Assembly: GCA_963702475.1 (NCBI GenBank)
Contig: CAVPCT010000009.1
Span: forward strand, 32,001-96,000
Source of the DNA: an uncultured Thermoleophilia bacterium
GTDB taxonomy: Bacteria > Actinomycetota > Thermoleophilia > UBA2241
Direction: 5' to 3'
DNA: 64,000 nt
Each line of letters opens with the position of its first letter. Positions within the stretch are counted from its first letter, which is position 1. Made by a program: the position numbers and the translations under genes. Shown here piece after piece: positions 20,344-30,487 of this stretch. The notes beneath the pieces are model-generated. The model searched no databases and was not told the DNA's origin. It was given only the letters and a program-made list of their open reading frames with translations.

Positions 20344-22623
20344 ATGCCGCCGTCAAACACCCCGGTCGCGTCAGCACGTCCACGCACCGGCACGGCGCCT
20401 GCGGCCGCGCGCCGGCGCCCTCGCTTGCCGGCCCTTGCCGTCCTGGCCGTGCTGGTCGCGCTCCTGTGCGCGGCCGGTGACGCGCTCGCCGTGGCTCCGC
20501 CGGGCGGCGCGGGCGGCGGCGACCGCGACAAGCCCGACCCGTACGCCGTGAGGCAGCTGCGGCACGGCATCATGCCCGGCGTCTCCGTCGCGGGGGCGTC
20601 GCGTGCCGGGCGCGCCGCCGGTCTGCGGCTGGACAAGGTCCTCACGATCCTCGTGGAGTTCGCCGGTACCGACTCCGTGGGAGGCGCCTCATACACAGGC
20701 CCCCTGCACAACCGGATCCCGGCGCCGTCGCCGGGCGACAACACCACCTACTGGGTCGCGGACTTCTCGCCCCAGCACTACCGGGACATGCTCTTCGGCA
20801 CGTCGCAAGGGTCGCGCTCCATGTCCGCGTACTTCCGCGATCAGTCCGGGGGCGCGTACAGCGTGAGCGGCGAGGTGTATGGCTGGGTGGAGGTGTCGCA
20901 CGCGGAGGCGTACTACGGCGCGGCTCAGGGCGCGCGCGTGCCTGAGCTCGTCGCCGAGGCCGTCAAGGCGCTTGGCGACGAGGTGCCATGGTCTGACTAC
21001 GACCAGGACCACGACGGCGTGGTGGACCACGTGCAGGTCGTGCACGCCGGGGCTGAGGTGGCCGGCAGCTGGACCATCTGGGCGCACTCCGCGACCCTCA
21101 GCAAGGGCGTGCCCACCAGCGACCCGGGCGTGGTGGTCCGCTCGTACACCATCCAGCCCGAGAACGGCACCATCGGCGTCTTCTGTCACGAGTTCGGGCA
21201 CAGCCTGGGCCTTCCGGACCTCTACGACATCGCCTACACCGGCGAGGCCAGCACCTCGTACTGGACGCTCATGAGCACCGGCTCGTGGGTGGGGGCGCCG
21301 GGGGAGGCCGTGGGCACCGCGCCCGCCAGCCTCGGGCCGTGGGAGCGGGCGCAGCTCGGCTGGGTGAAGCCGGTCGTGGTGACGCCCGGGCAGCGCAAGA
21401 AGAGCGTGAAGCTCTCGCCGGCGGGAACCACCGGCGGCACCCGGGCCATCCGCATCGACCTGCCCGACTACGAGTGGACCTTGAGCGTGCCCGTCCCGCA
21501 CGGCGGCGCGCAGGCGTGGTGGAGCGGCAGGGGAGACCTGATGACCACCACGCTCACGCGAGACGTCATGCTGCCCGCCGGCTCGGTGCTCGCCTTCTGG
21601 ACCTGGTACGACATCGAGCCCGGCTACGACTACGGGTACGTCGAGGTCCGGCCCACCGACAGCGACGAGTGGAAGCGGGTGAAAGGGTCGATCACCACCG
21701 ACGACGACCCCTACTTGGCCAATGAGGGCAGCGGCATCACCGGCCCGAGCGTCTGGGCACCGGGCAACGTGGACGGCTCCGTGCTCGCGACGTTCGACCT
21801 CTCCGCCTTCACGGGGCCGTGCACGCTGCGCTTCCGGTACGTCACCGACACCGCCATGACAGGGGACGGCTGGACCTGGAGCGACCTCGCCATCCGCGCA
21901 GGGGGCGAGACGGTCTTCTCCGACAGCGGCGCCTCTCTGCAGGGCGGGTGGCAGTCCCAGGGATGGCGGCAGACCGCGGGCGAGATCCGCCAGACGGCCG
22001 ACAACTACTACATGCTGGAGTGGCGCGCCCCCGTCGGGTCCGACGTGGGCATGACGTGCTGGCCGAACTGGGTCTCGGACACGACGTCGGAGCCGTATCG
22101 GGCGCTGCCCGGCATGCTGGTGTGGTACTACACCGACCAGTTCTCCGATGAGCTGGTCGGCAAGCACCCGTGGCAGGGCATGCTGCAGGTGGTGGATGCC
22201 AGGCCGGGCCGGCTCTCGGCCGCCGGCACCCAGACCTGGGCGCAGCAGGACTTCGGCGTGGACGAGGGGTTGCCGGCGCCGGTGTGGGTCAACCTCGCCG
22301 ACGCGACGTTCAACACGGGCCTGCAGCCGGGCCAGCGCGTCTCCGTCGGGTATGACCAGGGTACCGCGCAGGTGACGATCCCGGCCGGCCCGCGCGAGGC
22401 GCGCTTCGACGATGCGAAGCCCTGGACCGACCAGTTCTGGCGGCCGTCGCTGCGCTGGGACTCTGGCGTGTGGCCGGCGTGCTTCACCCCCAGGGTCCTG
22501 ACCGAGTCGCTGAACAGCACGGTCGTGCCGCTGCGCGGCGTGAAGATCTCGGTCAAGCCGGGCGCGGGGACCTTCTCGGGCGGTCTCGTGACGGTGGACT
22601 ACAGAAAGCCCGTCAAGCCGTGA
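20344..22623 (+). CDS. Secreted M6-family (immune inhibitor A-like) metalloprotease
   Basis: Signal-peptide-like N-terminus, ILVEF, YFRDQSGG, HEFGHSLGLPDLYD zinc motif, LMSTGSW, WYDIEPGYDYGYVE, LRFRYVTD. Confidence 0.9.
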   Translation: MPPSNTPVASARPRTGTAPAAARRRPRLPALAVLAVLVALLCAAGDALAVAPPGGAGGGDRDKPDPYAVRQLRHGIMPGVSVAGASRAGRAAGLRLDKVLTILVEFAGTDSVGGASYTGPLHNRIPAPSPGDNTTYWVADFSPQHYRDMLFGTSQGSRSMSAYFRDQSGGAYSVSGEVYGWVEVSHAEAYYGAAQGARVPELVAEAVKALGDEVPWSDYDQDHDGVVDHVQVVHAGAEVAGSWTIWAHSATLSKGVPTSDPGVVVRSYTIQPENGTIGVFCHEFGHSLGLPDLYDIAYTGEASTSYWTLMSTGSWVGAPGEAVGTAPASLGPWERAQLGWVKPVVVTPGQRKKSVKLSPAGTTGGTRAIRIDLPDYEWTLSVPVPHGGAQAWWSGRGDLMTTTLTRDVMLPAGSVLAFWTWYDIEPGYDYGYVEVRPTDSDEWKRVKGSITTDDDPYLANEGSGITGPSVWAPGNVDGSVLATFDLSAFTGPCTLRFRYVTDTAMTGDGWTWSDLAIRAGGETVFSDSGASLQGGWQSQGWRQTAGEIRQTADNYYMLEWRAPVGSDVGMTCWPNWVSDTTSEPYRALPGMLVWYYTDQFSDELVGKHPWQGMLQVVDARPGRLSAAGTQTWAQQDFGVDEGLPAPVWVNLADATFNTGLQPGQRVSVGYDQGTAQVTIPAGPREARFDDAKPWTDQFWRPSLRWDSGVWPACFTPRVLTESLNSTVVPLRGVKISVKPGAGTFSGGLVTVDYRKPVKP

Positions 22624-22819
22624 CGGAGATACGGCCCGGCCGGCCGCGCGCAGTGCGGCCGGCCGGGGCCGTTGGTCTCCGTCCTGACGGTCTGGTAGAC
22701 TGCCGGGCGGCTCGCGCCTCTCGCCTCGGCATGCTCTCCGGGCGTGTCGCGGCCACGACGCTCGCTCACGCAACCCGCGCCGGCCACCATCGCGCCGGGC
22801 GCAGTTCCCAGGAGGCACG

Positions 22820-24036
22820 GTGGAGAAGCGCACGCACCTGTTCACGTCGGAGTCGGTCACCGAGGGCCACCCCGACAAGCTCGCCGACCAGATCTCCGAC
22901 GCGATCCTCGACGCGATCCTCGCCGACGATCCCTACGGCCGCGTGGCCTGCGAGACGCTCGTGACCACCGGCCTCGCCTTCGTGGCCGGCGAGATCACCA
23001 CCGAGTGCTACGTCGACATCCCCAAGATCGTGCGCGAGACGGTGCAAGAACGTCGGCTACACCAACGCCCTGTACGGTTACGACTACGAGACCTGCGGCG
23101 TCATGGTGGCCATCGACGAGCAGTCGCCCGACATCGGCCAGGGCGTGTCCAAGGCCTACGAGGTCCGCACCGACGTCAACGACGACGACGTGCTCGATTC
23201 CCAGGGCGCCGGCGACCAGGGCATGATGTTCGGCTTCGCCTGCACCGAGACGCCCGAGCTCATGCCGCTGCCCATCGCGCTGGCGCACAAGCTGGCGCAC
23301 CGCCTCGCCGACGTGCGCAAGGCCGAGATCCTTCCCTACCTGCGGCCCGACGGCAAGTCGCAGGTCACGGTGCGCTACGAAGACGGCAAGCCCGTCGAGA
23401 TCGTCAAGGTCGTGCTCGCCTCGCAGCACGCCGAGAGCGCCGACCTGCAGAGCATCATCTACCCGGACCTCATCGAGCACGTCGTCGAGCCCATCCTCCC
23501 CAAGACCATGTACGACGTGAACAAGATCGAGGACCTCGTGGTCATCAACGCCACCGGCAAGTTCGTCATCGGCGGCCCCATGGGCGACTGCGGCCTCACC
23601 GGCCGCAAGATCGTCGTCGACACCTACGGTGGCGCCGCACCGCACGGCGGCGGCGCCTTCTCGCGGCAAGGATCCGAGCAAGGTCGACCGCTCCGGCGCC
23701 TACGCCGCCCGCTACGTGGCCAAGAACGTGGTGGCCGCCGGCCTCGCCGAGCGCTGCCAGGTGCAGGTGGCCTACGCCATCGGCGTCGCGCATCCGGTCT
23801 CCGTCATGGTCGACTGCGAGGGCACCGAGAAGATCGAGCTCACCACCATCGAGTCGCTCATCGGCGAGCACTTCGACCTGCGCCCGGCGGCTATCCTCCG
23901 CGACCTCGACCTCCGCCGTCCCATCTATCGCAAGACGGCGGCCTACGGGCACTTCGGCCGCAACGACCACGACTTCACGTGGGAACGCACCGACAAGGCC
24001 GGGGCACTGCGCGCGGCCGCCGGGCTCACGGCCTGA
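22820..24036 (+). CDS. metK: S-adenosylmethionine synthetase (frameshifts near 23048 and 23662)
   Basis: [29 protein letters not shown] and [13 protein letters not shown] spread over three frames. Confidence 0.94.
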
Positions 24037-24070
24037 TCGTCCCGACGACGCTCGAGGACGGCGGCGTGGC

Positions 24071-26542
24071 GTGAATAGCCGACGCCGCGGGGCTATCGAG
24101 CGGGGCGACGAAGCGTCACCGCTCCGCTACGCCGCCGTCTTCCCGCTCGTGCGCACGCGCGCCTTCGCGGAGGCGTTCGACTACGAGGTGCCGTCCGGGC
24201 TCGAGGGGCGCGTGGCGCCCGGGGCGCTCGTCGCCGTCCCGCTCGGATCGCAGACCGTCGTCGGCGTCGTACTCGAGCTGCGCGCCCACACCGCGCACGC
24301 CGGGCGCGTCGTGGCGCTGCACGACCTGCTGGACGTGCCGCGCATCCCCGCCGACCTGCTGGCGCTGGCGCGCCGCATAGAGGTCTACTACCTCACGTCG
24401 TTCTCGGCGGCGCTGGCGCTGGTGTGCCCGCCGACCGGCGCCCTCAAGGTGCTGCGCAGCTGGGAGCTCACCGACGCCGGGCGCGCCGCGCTGGAGGCCG
24501 GCGAGGAGCAGCTCGACGAGCTCGCCGGAGCCAAGGTCTCGGGCGGCCCCGCCGGCAGGCTCGCCGCGAAGTACCGCCGCAAGGGCTGGCTGCGCGTCGC
24601 CTACCGCGTGCACGTGGCCGGCGCCGCGCCGGCCGGGCGCGAGCTCGCGCGCGGCGACGTCACCCCCGCGCGGCTGGGACCGAGGCAGCGCGCGGCGCTC
24701 GAGCTCGTCGAGAAGACCGGTGTCGGCGACGAGCTCACGGTGCGCGCCGCCACCGGCCTCTCGCTGCCCGGTCTGCGGCGTCTGCTCGAGGCGGGCGCGC
24801 TGGTCGAGGCGGGCGGCACGCCGGGCCCGGATGCCGCCGCCCCGGAGGCGGTGGCCGCGGCGGACGCGGCGCAGGACGCGAGCGGGGCGGCTCCGGGCCC
24901 GGGCTCGGCCGCAGCCGCCCAGGCCTCGCGCGCCGTCGCCTGTGCTGCGCTCTCCGACGTCCCCGACCTGCTGCCCGAGCAGCGCGCGGCCGTGCACGCC
25001 ATCCTTTGCGCGGCGCGCCCCGGGGAGGAGGTACTGCTGCACGGGGTCACCGGCAGCGGCAAGACGGAGGTGTACCTGCAGGCCGCCCAGGCGGCGCTGG
25101 AGGGCGGCCGGTCCGTGCTCTTCCTCGTCCCCGAGATAGGCCTCACCGGCCAGACCGTGACGCGCGTGCGGGAGCGGTTCGCGGGTCAGAAGGTGGCCGT
25201 GCTGCACTCCGGCCTCACGGCCCGCGAGCGCCTTCTCTCGTACCGGGCGATCGCCGACGGCGAGGTACGGCTCGTGGTCGGCGCGCGCTCGGCGGTGTTC
25301 GCGCCGCTCCGCGACCTCGGTCTCGTCATCGTCGACGAGGAGCACGACACCAGCTACAAGCAGGAGAGCGAGCCGGCGTACGACGCTCGCACCGTGGCCG
25401 GCTGGCGCGCCGCGCAGGGCGGCGCGGTGATCGTACTGGGCTCGGCCACGCCCAGCGTCGAGGCCTACGCCCGTGTCCCGCTGCATGCCGACCTGCGGCG
25501 CCGCGTGGACGGCTCGGTGCCGCCGGCCATGGAGGTCGTGGACATGCGCGACCACCACGGCGTGTTCTCGGATACCTTGGCCGCCGCGCTCACCGCCACT
25601 GTCGACGCCGGGGAGAAGGCGATCCTCTTCCTCAACCGGCGCGGGTTCGCCTCGTACCTCATCTGCGACCACTGCGGCCAGGCCTGGATGTGCCCGCACT
25701 GCGACGTCACCCTCGCGCTGTTCTCGGGACAGCGCCTGCGCTGTCGCACCTGCGGTCACACCGAGCCCGCGCCGGGTGCCTGCCCCGAGTGCGGCAGCAC
25801 CGACCTCGTGCGCCACGGGTTCGGAACGGAGCGCCTCGAGCATGAGGTGCGGACGCTGCTCCCCGGGATCGAGCTCCTGCGCCTGGACTCCGACGTGGCC
25901 GCCTCGTACCACCGGCTCCGGGCCGTGCTCGACCGCTTCGCCGCTCCGGGGGCGAAAGTCCTCGTGGGAACGCAGATGATCGCCAAGGGTCACCACTTCC
26001 CCGAGGTCACGCTCGTGGGCGTGGTCAACGCCGACGTCACGCTCCACTTCCCCGACTTTCGCGCGGAGGAGCGCACGTTCGCCATGCTGATCCAGGTGGC
26101 GGGGCGCAGCGGCCGCGGCGAGCGTCCCGGCCGTGTGGTGGTGCAGACGCTGAATCCGGACGCCCGGCCCATCGCCGCGGCGGTGGGGCGTGAGGAGGAG
26201 CGGTTCTACGCGGAGGAGGTGGACAGGCGGCGCGAGCTCGGCTACCCGCCCGCCGGTCAGCTCATCGCGCTCGAGGTCTCGGGGACCGACGTACAGAAGG
26301 TGGGCGTGGCCGGCCGCTACACGGCGGAGAAGCTCGCGGCGCGCTTGAGTCACGGCGAGCAGGTCCTGGGCCCAGGACCGTTGTGGCGGGAGAGAGGCCG
26401 TCACGCCTGCCGCGTGGTGGTGAAGACCACGCAAAGCGGGCACACTCTTGACAGCCTGCGCCGTTGGCTGGCGGCCGACCGAGACAGGTACGGCGCGCGC
26501 GGCGTCCGGCTGGTGCCCGACGTCGACCCGCAGTGGCTGTGA
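24071..26542 (+). CDS. priA: Primosomal protein N' (replication restart helicase)
   Basis: [26 protein letters not shown], four CxxC pairs, [20 protein letters not shown]. Confidence 0.95.
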   Translation: MNSRRRGAIERGDEASPLRYAAVFPLVRTRAFAEAFDYEVPSGLEGRVAPGALVAVPLGSQTVVGVVLELRAHTAHAGRVVALHDLLDVPRIPADLLALARRIEVYYLTSFSAALALVCPPTGALKVLRSWELTDAGRAALEAGEEQLDELAGAKVSGGPAGRLAAKYRRKGWLRVAYRVHVAGAAPAGRELARGDVTPARLGPRQRAALELVEKTGVGDELTVRAATGLSLPGLRRLLEAGALVEAGGTPGPDAAAPEAVAAADAAQDASGAAPGPGSAAAAQASRAVACAALSDVPDLLPEQRAAVHAILCAARPGEEVLLHGVTGSGKTEVYLQAAQAALEGGRSVLFLVPEIGLTGQTVTRVRERFAGQKVAVLHSGLTARERLLSYRAIADGEVRLVVGARSAVFAPLRDLGLVIVDEEHDTSYKQESEPAYDARTVAGWRAAQGGAVIVLGSATPSVEAYARVPLHADLRRRVDGSVPPAMEVVDMRDHHGVFSDTLAAALTATVDAGEKAILFLNRRGFASYLICDHCGQAWMCPHCDVTLALFSGQRLRCRTCGHTEPAPGACPECGSTDLVRHGFGTERLEHEVRTLLPGIELLRLDSDVAASYHRLRAVLDRFAAPGAKVLVGTQMIAKGHHFPEVTLVGVVNADVTLHFPDFRAEERTFAMLIQVAGRSGRGERPGRVVVQTLNPDARPIAAAVGREEERFYAEEVDRRRELGYPPAGQLIALEVSGTDVQKVGVAGRYTAEKLAARLSHGEQVLGPGPLWRERGRHACRVVVKTTQSGHTLDSLRRWLAADRDRYGARGVRLVPDVDPQWL

Positions 26543-26564
26543 AGGCATGAGGTACGATTGAGTC

Positions 26565-27146
26565 ATGAGCGACACGACACACATCGAATGCGAGGAAGAG
26601 GTCCTCACCCGGCGCGAGCGTGAGGCGCGCACCGAGATCCGTGTCATCGGCGACCCCGTGCTCCGCGAGCGGGCGCGCGAGGTCACCGTCTTCGACCGCA
26701 ACCTGCGCAAGCTCGCCAAGAGGATGCTCCGTATCATGCACGACGCCCCCGGCGTGGGCCTCGCGGCCCCGCAGGTGGGCGTCGTACAGCGTCTGCTCGT
26801 GTACGACGTGGACGAGGACCCGAAGGTCCTCGTGAACCCCGTGCTCGACGAGCCCTCGGACGAGACGGAGGAAGGCGAGGAGGGGTGCTTGAGCGTCCCC
26901 GGCCTGCGCATGCCGGTCGAACGGCCCGTCGGCGTGCGCGTGCGGGCCTTCGACGTCGACGGCGAGCCTCTGGACTACCGAGTGGAGGGCTTCGAGGCGC
27001 GCGTCATCCAGCACGAATACGACCACCTGGAGGGCGTGCTCATCGTCGACCGAACCACGCGCGCCGCCCGCGCCGCCGCCATGCGCGTGCTGCGCGAGCG
27101 CGACGCCGACGGCGTCAGCTGTCTCGGCGGCGGCGGAGGTCTCTGA
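26565..27146 (+). CDS. def: Peptide deformylase
   Basis: GVGLAAPQVG, EGCLSVP, QHEYDHLEG. Confidence 0.96.
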   Translation: MSDTTHIECEEEVLTRREREARTEIRVIGDPVLRERAREVTVFDRNLRKLAKRMLRIMHDAPGVGLAAPQVGVVQRLLVYDVDEDPKVLVNPVLDEPSDETEEGEEGCLSVPGLRMPVERPVGVRVRAFDVDGEPLDYRVEGFEARVIQHEYDHLEGVLIVDRTTRAARAAAMRVLRERDADGVSCLGGGGGL

Positions 27147-27193
27147 GTGGCGGGCGGTCGCGGCGCCGCGCGCGGCGCCGCCTGCGCCCGCCC

Positions 27194-28096
27194 GTGAGCG
27201 GTCCGCGCTTCGCGTACGCCGGCACGGCGCCGTTCGCCGAGCTCGTTCTCGCGCAGCTGCTCGAGGCCGGTCGCGTGCCGGCGGTCGTCGTCACCAACCC
27301 GGACCGCCCGCGCGGCCGGCACGGTACGCCGCGGCCGCCGGGCATCAAGCTCACGGCCGTGGAGCGCGGCATCCCCGTCATGCAGCCGCCGCGCGTGTCG
27401 GAACAGGCGGCCGTGGACGAGCTGCTCGGCTTTGCGCCGGACGTGCTGGCGGTGTGCGCGTACGGGCAGATCGTGGGCCGGCCGCTGCTCGCGGCCCTGC
27501 CGGTCATCGTCACGCACCCCTCGCTGGTGCCGTGCTGGCGAGGCGCCGCCCCCGTGGAGCGCGCGCTCATGGCCGGCCAGACCGACCTCGGCGTGACGAC
27601 CCTCAAGATGAGCGAGGGCGTGGACGAAGGGCCGGTCGGCGACACGCGGCACGTGTACGTGCCGCCGGACGCCGACGCCGGCCGGGCGTACGAGCTGCTC
27701 GCCGGCCCGGCGGCGGAAGGCCTCGCGGCCACGATGGACGCGGTCGTGGCCGGCACGGTGGTGTGGCAGGAGCAGCTCGGCGAGCCGACATACGCCGCGA
27801 AGATCGGCTCCGGCGACAAGGTCATCGACTGGGACCGCCCGGCGGCGGAGATCGTCGATCAGGTGCGGGCGCTGTCGCCGCACCTCGGCGCCGTGACGGA
27901 GCTGCTGGGCAGACGCACGTTCGTCTGGCGCGCGGCGGTGGGGGAGGGCCCCCGGCCCGAGCCCGGACCCGCGCGCCTCACCCTCGACGCCGGCGACGGC
28001 TGGGTCGAGGTGCTCGAGCTGCAGCAGGAGGGGCGCGCACGGGTGAGCGCCGCGGAGTTCCTCCGCGGCGCCGGGCGCGCGCTGGCCGGGCGATGA
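27194..28096 (+). CDS. fmt: Methionyl-tRNA formyltransferase
   Basis: AGTAPFA, TNPDRPRGR, AYGQI, HPSLVPCWRGAAP, TYAAKI. Confidence 0.92.
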   Translation: MSGPRFAYAGTAPFAELVLAQLLEAGRVPAVVVTNPDRPRGRHGTPRPPGIKLTAVERGIPVMQPPRVSEQAAVDELLGFAPDVLAVCAYGQIVGRPLLAALPVIVTHPSLVPCWRGAAPVERALMAGQTDLGVTTLKMSEGVDEGPVGDTRHVYVPPDADAGRAYELLAGPAAEGLAATMDAVVAGTVVWQEQLGEPTYAAKIGSGDKVIDWDRPAAEIVDQVRALSPHLGAVTELLGRRTFVWRAAVGEGPRPEPGPARLTLDAGDGWVEVLELQQEGRARVSAAEFLRGAGRALAGR

Positions 28097-28165
28097 GGTC
28101 CCGAGAGCAGGCGGCAGGCGGCGCCGAGGCTGCCGCACGTACGCCGGCTGCCGGCCCGGAGCCCG

Positions 28166-29512
28166 GTGAGCGTCGCCCCCGCCCGCGCCGCGGCCCTCGC
28201 GGTGCTGCTCCGTCTCCGCGCCGAGGGCGACCGCGCTGACGACTCTCTCGCCGCGCTGCCGGAGCTCGATGCCCTCGGCGAGCGGGACCGTGCCCTGGCC
28301 AACGAGCTCGTCGTCGGCACGGTGAAGCGGCGCGCGTCGCTCGACGCGGTCCTCGCGGCGTTCGCGAAGGCGCCGCTCTCGCGCACCGACGGCCGTGTGC
28401 TCGAGGCCCTGCGGCTCGCCGCGTTCCAGCTGCTGTTCCTCGACCGCGTCCCGGCCTACGCGGTCGTCGACGACGCGGTCGCGCAGGTGAAGAAGCAGGG
28501 TGCGCGCACGCAGGGCTTCGTCAATGCCGTGCTCAGGCAGGTCGCGCGGGAGGGGCGCGCAAGGTTCGCCGCCCTGTCCGAGGGCGACGCGACGCGCGCC
28601 TGGACGATCCGCTACTCGTGCCCGGAGTGGCTCGTGCGTCTGCTGCGCTCCGAGCTCGGCGACGAGGCGGCGGCACGCTTCCTGGCCGCCGCCGCCGAGC
28701 CCCCCGAGCGCTGCCTGCGCGTCAACGCGCTGCGTGGCGGTGGCGCGGCGGCGCGGCAGGCGCTGGCCGCCGCCGGCTACACGACACGCGGCGTGCCCGG
28801 TCTGCCGGAGGCGCTGCTGTACGACGGGCCGCCCCTGGAGCGCTCGGCCCCGTTCCGCGAGGGGCTCGTCACGCCGCAGTCGCAGGGCTCGCAGGTCGCG
28901 GGCCTCGTGGCGGCCGCGTCGGTGCCGTCCGGGGCGGCGCTGCTGGACCTCTGCGCCGCGCCCGGCACGAAGACGGCGCAGCTGGCGGCCGCGCTGCCGC
29001 ACGCGCGCCTCACCGCCGTGGACGTGGACGAGGTGCGTCTCGGGCGCATGCGCGCCAACCTGGCGCGCCTCGGCGCGACCGGCGCCGACGTGCGCAGCGC
29101 GGATGCTCTCGATCTTCCTGGTTCGTTCACGGGAGCGTTCGACGCGGTGCTCCTCGACGCCCCGTGCAGCGGCTTCGGCACGCTGGCGTCGCGCGCCGAC
29201 CTGCGCTGGCGCCGCCGCGAGGCCGACGTCGCCCGTCTCGCGCAGCTCCAGCGCCGCCTGATCCGCCGCGCGGCCGTCTGCGTGCGGCCCGGTGGCCGGC
29301 TCACCTACGCCGTCTGTACGCTGCCGCGCGCCGAGACCGTCGAGGTCGTCGACGCCCTCCTCGCGGAGGGTGGCTGGGCCCTCGAGGACCTCGGCGCGGC
29401 CTGGCCCGAGCTGCGCCACCCTGAGGCCGGGGGCTGCCTTCTCGTCCTGCCGCCGGCGCACGGCGCCAGCGGGTTCTTCGTGGCCCGCCTGCGGCGCGAG
29501 CAGGCGGGCTGA
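28166..29512 (+). CDS. rsmB: 16S rRNA m5C967 methyltransferase RsmB (Sun)
   Basis: NusB-like N-terminus with FVNAVLR; DLCAAPGTKT, DAPCSG, YAVCT. Confidence 0.9.
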   Translation: MSVAPARAAALAVLLRLRAEGDRADDSLAALPELDALGERDRALANELVVGTVKRRASLDAVLAAFAKAPLSRTDGRVLEALRLAAFQLLFLDRVPAYAVVDDAVAQVKKQGARTQGFVNAVLRQVAREGRARFAALSEGDATRAWTIRYSCPEWLVRLLRSELGDEAAARFLAAAAEPPERCLRVNALRGGGAAARQALAAAGYTTRGVPGLPEALLYDGPPLERSAPFREGLVTPQSQGSQVAGLVAAASVPSGAALLDLCAAPGTKTAQLAAALPHARLTAVDVDEVRLGRMRANLARLGATGADVRSADALDLPGSFTGAFDAVLLDAPCSGFGTLASRADLRWRRREADVARLAQLQRRLIRRAAVCVRPGGRLTYAVCTLPRAETVEVVDALLAEGGWALEDLGAAWPELRHPEAGGCLLVLPPAHGASGFFVARLRREQAG

Positions 29513-29616
29513 GCCCGGCCCACGCGCCGCCCGCCATCCTCCGCAGGCGCGCGCCGTCGGGGTAGAATGTCGGCGCGCCGCCCGTCGGTGGCGCGCGAGC
29601 CTCGGAGGGAAGCGCC

Positions 29617-30297
29617 ATGACCGACCTGCTGCATGAAGTCCACATCGCCCCGTCCATCCTCTCGGCCGATTTCGCCGCCCTCGCCGCCGACGTGGAGACG
29701 GTCCTCAACGCGGGGTCGAAGGTCGTCCACGTCGACGTGATGGACGGCCATTTCGTGCCCAACATCACCATCGGCCCGCTCGTCGTCTCTGCCCTGCAGT
29801 CGCTCGTGCACGGGGCCGGCGCCCTGCTGGACGTCCATCTCATGATCGAACACCCCGAGAAGTACGTGCCGTCCTTCGCCGCCGCCGGCGCCGACGTCAT
29901 CGTCGTGCATCAGGAGGCCTGCGTGCACCTCCACCGTGTGCTCGGCCTCATCCGCGAGTCCGGCGCCTCGGCCGGCGTCGCCCTCAATCCGGCGACCCCG
30001 GTCGAGACCCTGGCCGAGGCGCGGTACCACTGCGACCTCGTGGTCGTCATGTCGGTCAACCCCGGCTTCGGGGGGCAGAGCTTCATCGACACCTCCATGG
30101 ACAAGCTCCGCCGGGCGCGCGCCTACCTGCCGGAGTCGGTGGCCATCGAGGTCGACGGCGGGGTCTCGACCATGAACGCCAGCGCTCTGGTGGCGGCCGG
30201 AGCGAACTGGCTCGTCGCCGGCTCGAGCGTGTTCGGTGGGCCCGACATCGCCGAGCGGTACGGCGCGCTGGCGTGCGCTGCCGGCGAGGCCGTATAA
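29617..30297 (+). CDS. rpe: Ribulose-phosphate 3-epimerase
   Basis: APSILSADF, HVDVMDGHFVPN, DVHLM, MSVNPGFGGQ, EVDGG. Confidence 0.96.
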   Translation: MTDLLHEVHIAPSILSADFAALAADVETVLNAGSKVVHVDVMDGHFVPNITIGPLVVSALQSLVHGAGALLDVHLMIEHPEKYVPSFAAAGADVIVVHQEACVHLHRVLGLIRESGASAGVALNPATPVETLAEARYHCDLVVVMSVNPGFGGQSFIDTSMDKLRRARAYLPESVAIEVDGGVSTMNASALVAAGANWLVAGSSVFGGPDIAERYGALACAAGEAV

Positions 30298-30298
30298 T
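30293..30298 (+). promoter_or_regulatory. -10 box of the rib operon overlapping the rpe stop codon
   Basis: Consensus TATAAT contains the rpe TAA and lies ~17 nt upstream of the riboswitch. Confidence 0.7.
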
Positions 30299-30314
30299 CG
30301 CGTCGTACCACCAA

Positions 30315-30432
30315 GCTGCTTCAGGGCGGGGTGAAAGTCCCCACCGGCGGTCACAGCCCGCGAGCCCTCCATGGAGGGTCGACCAGGTGAGATCCCTGGG
30401 CCGACGGTCACAGTCCGGATGAGAGAAGCAGC
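30315..30432 (+). ncRNA. FMN riboswitch (RFN element)
   Basis: cttcagggcggggtgaaagtccccaccggcggt...agcccgcgag...ggtgagatcc..gccgacggt..agtccggatgagagaag; upstream of ribD. Confidence 0.96.
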
Positions 30433-30456
30433 GTCGCGCGGTGACGCGTGTCGTCG

Positions 30457-30487
30457 GCCCTGAAGCACCGGCTTCAGGGCGTTTTTT
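30457..30487 (+). terminator. Intrinsic terminator of the FMN riboswitch expression platform
   Basis: gccctgaagc-accg-gcttcagggc followed by gtttttt. Confidence 0.88.

Noticed and set aside
22624-22819. SAM riboswitch upstream of metK
   Set aside because: Could not find SAM-I or SAM-IV core sequences; only a TAGACT -10-like box
22820-26542. Apparent 1240-aa MetK-PriA fusion ORF
   Set aside because: Artefact of frameshifts in metK; the intervening translation is off-frame, and metK (stop at 24036) and priA are separate genes
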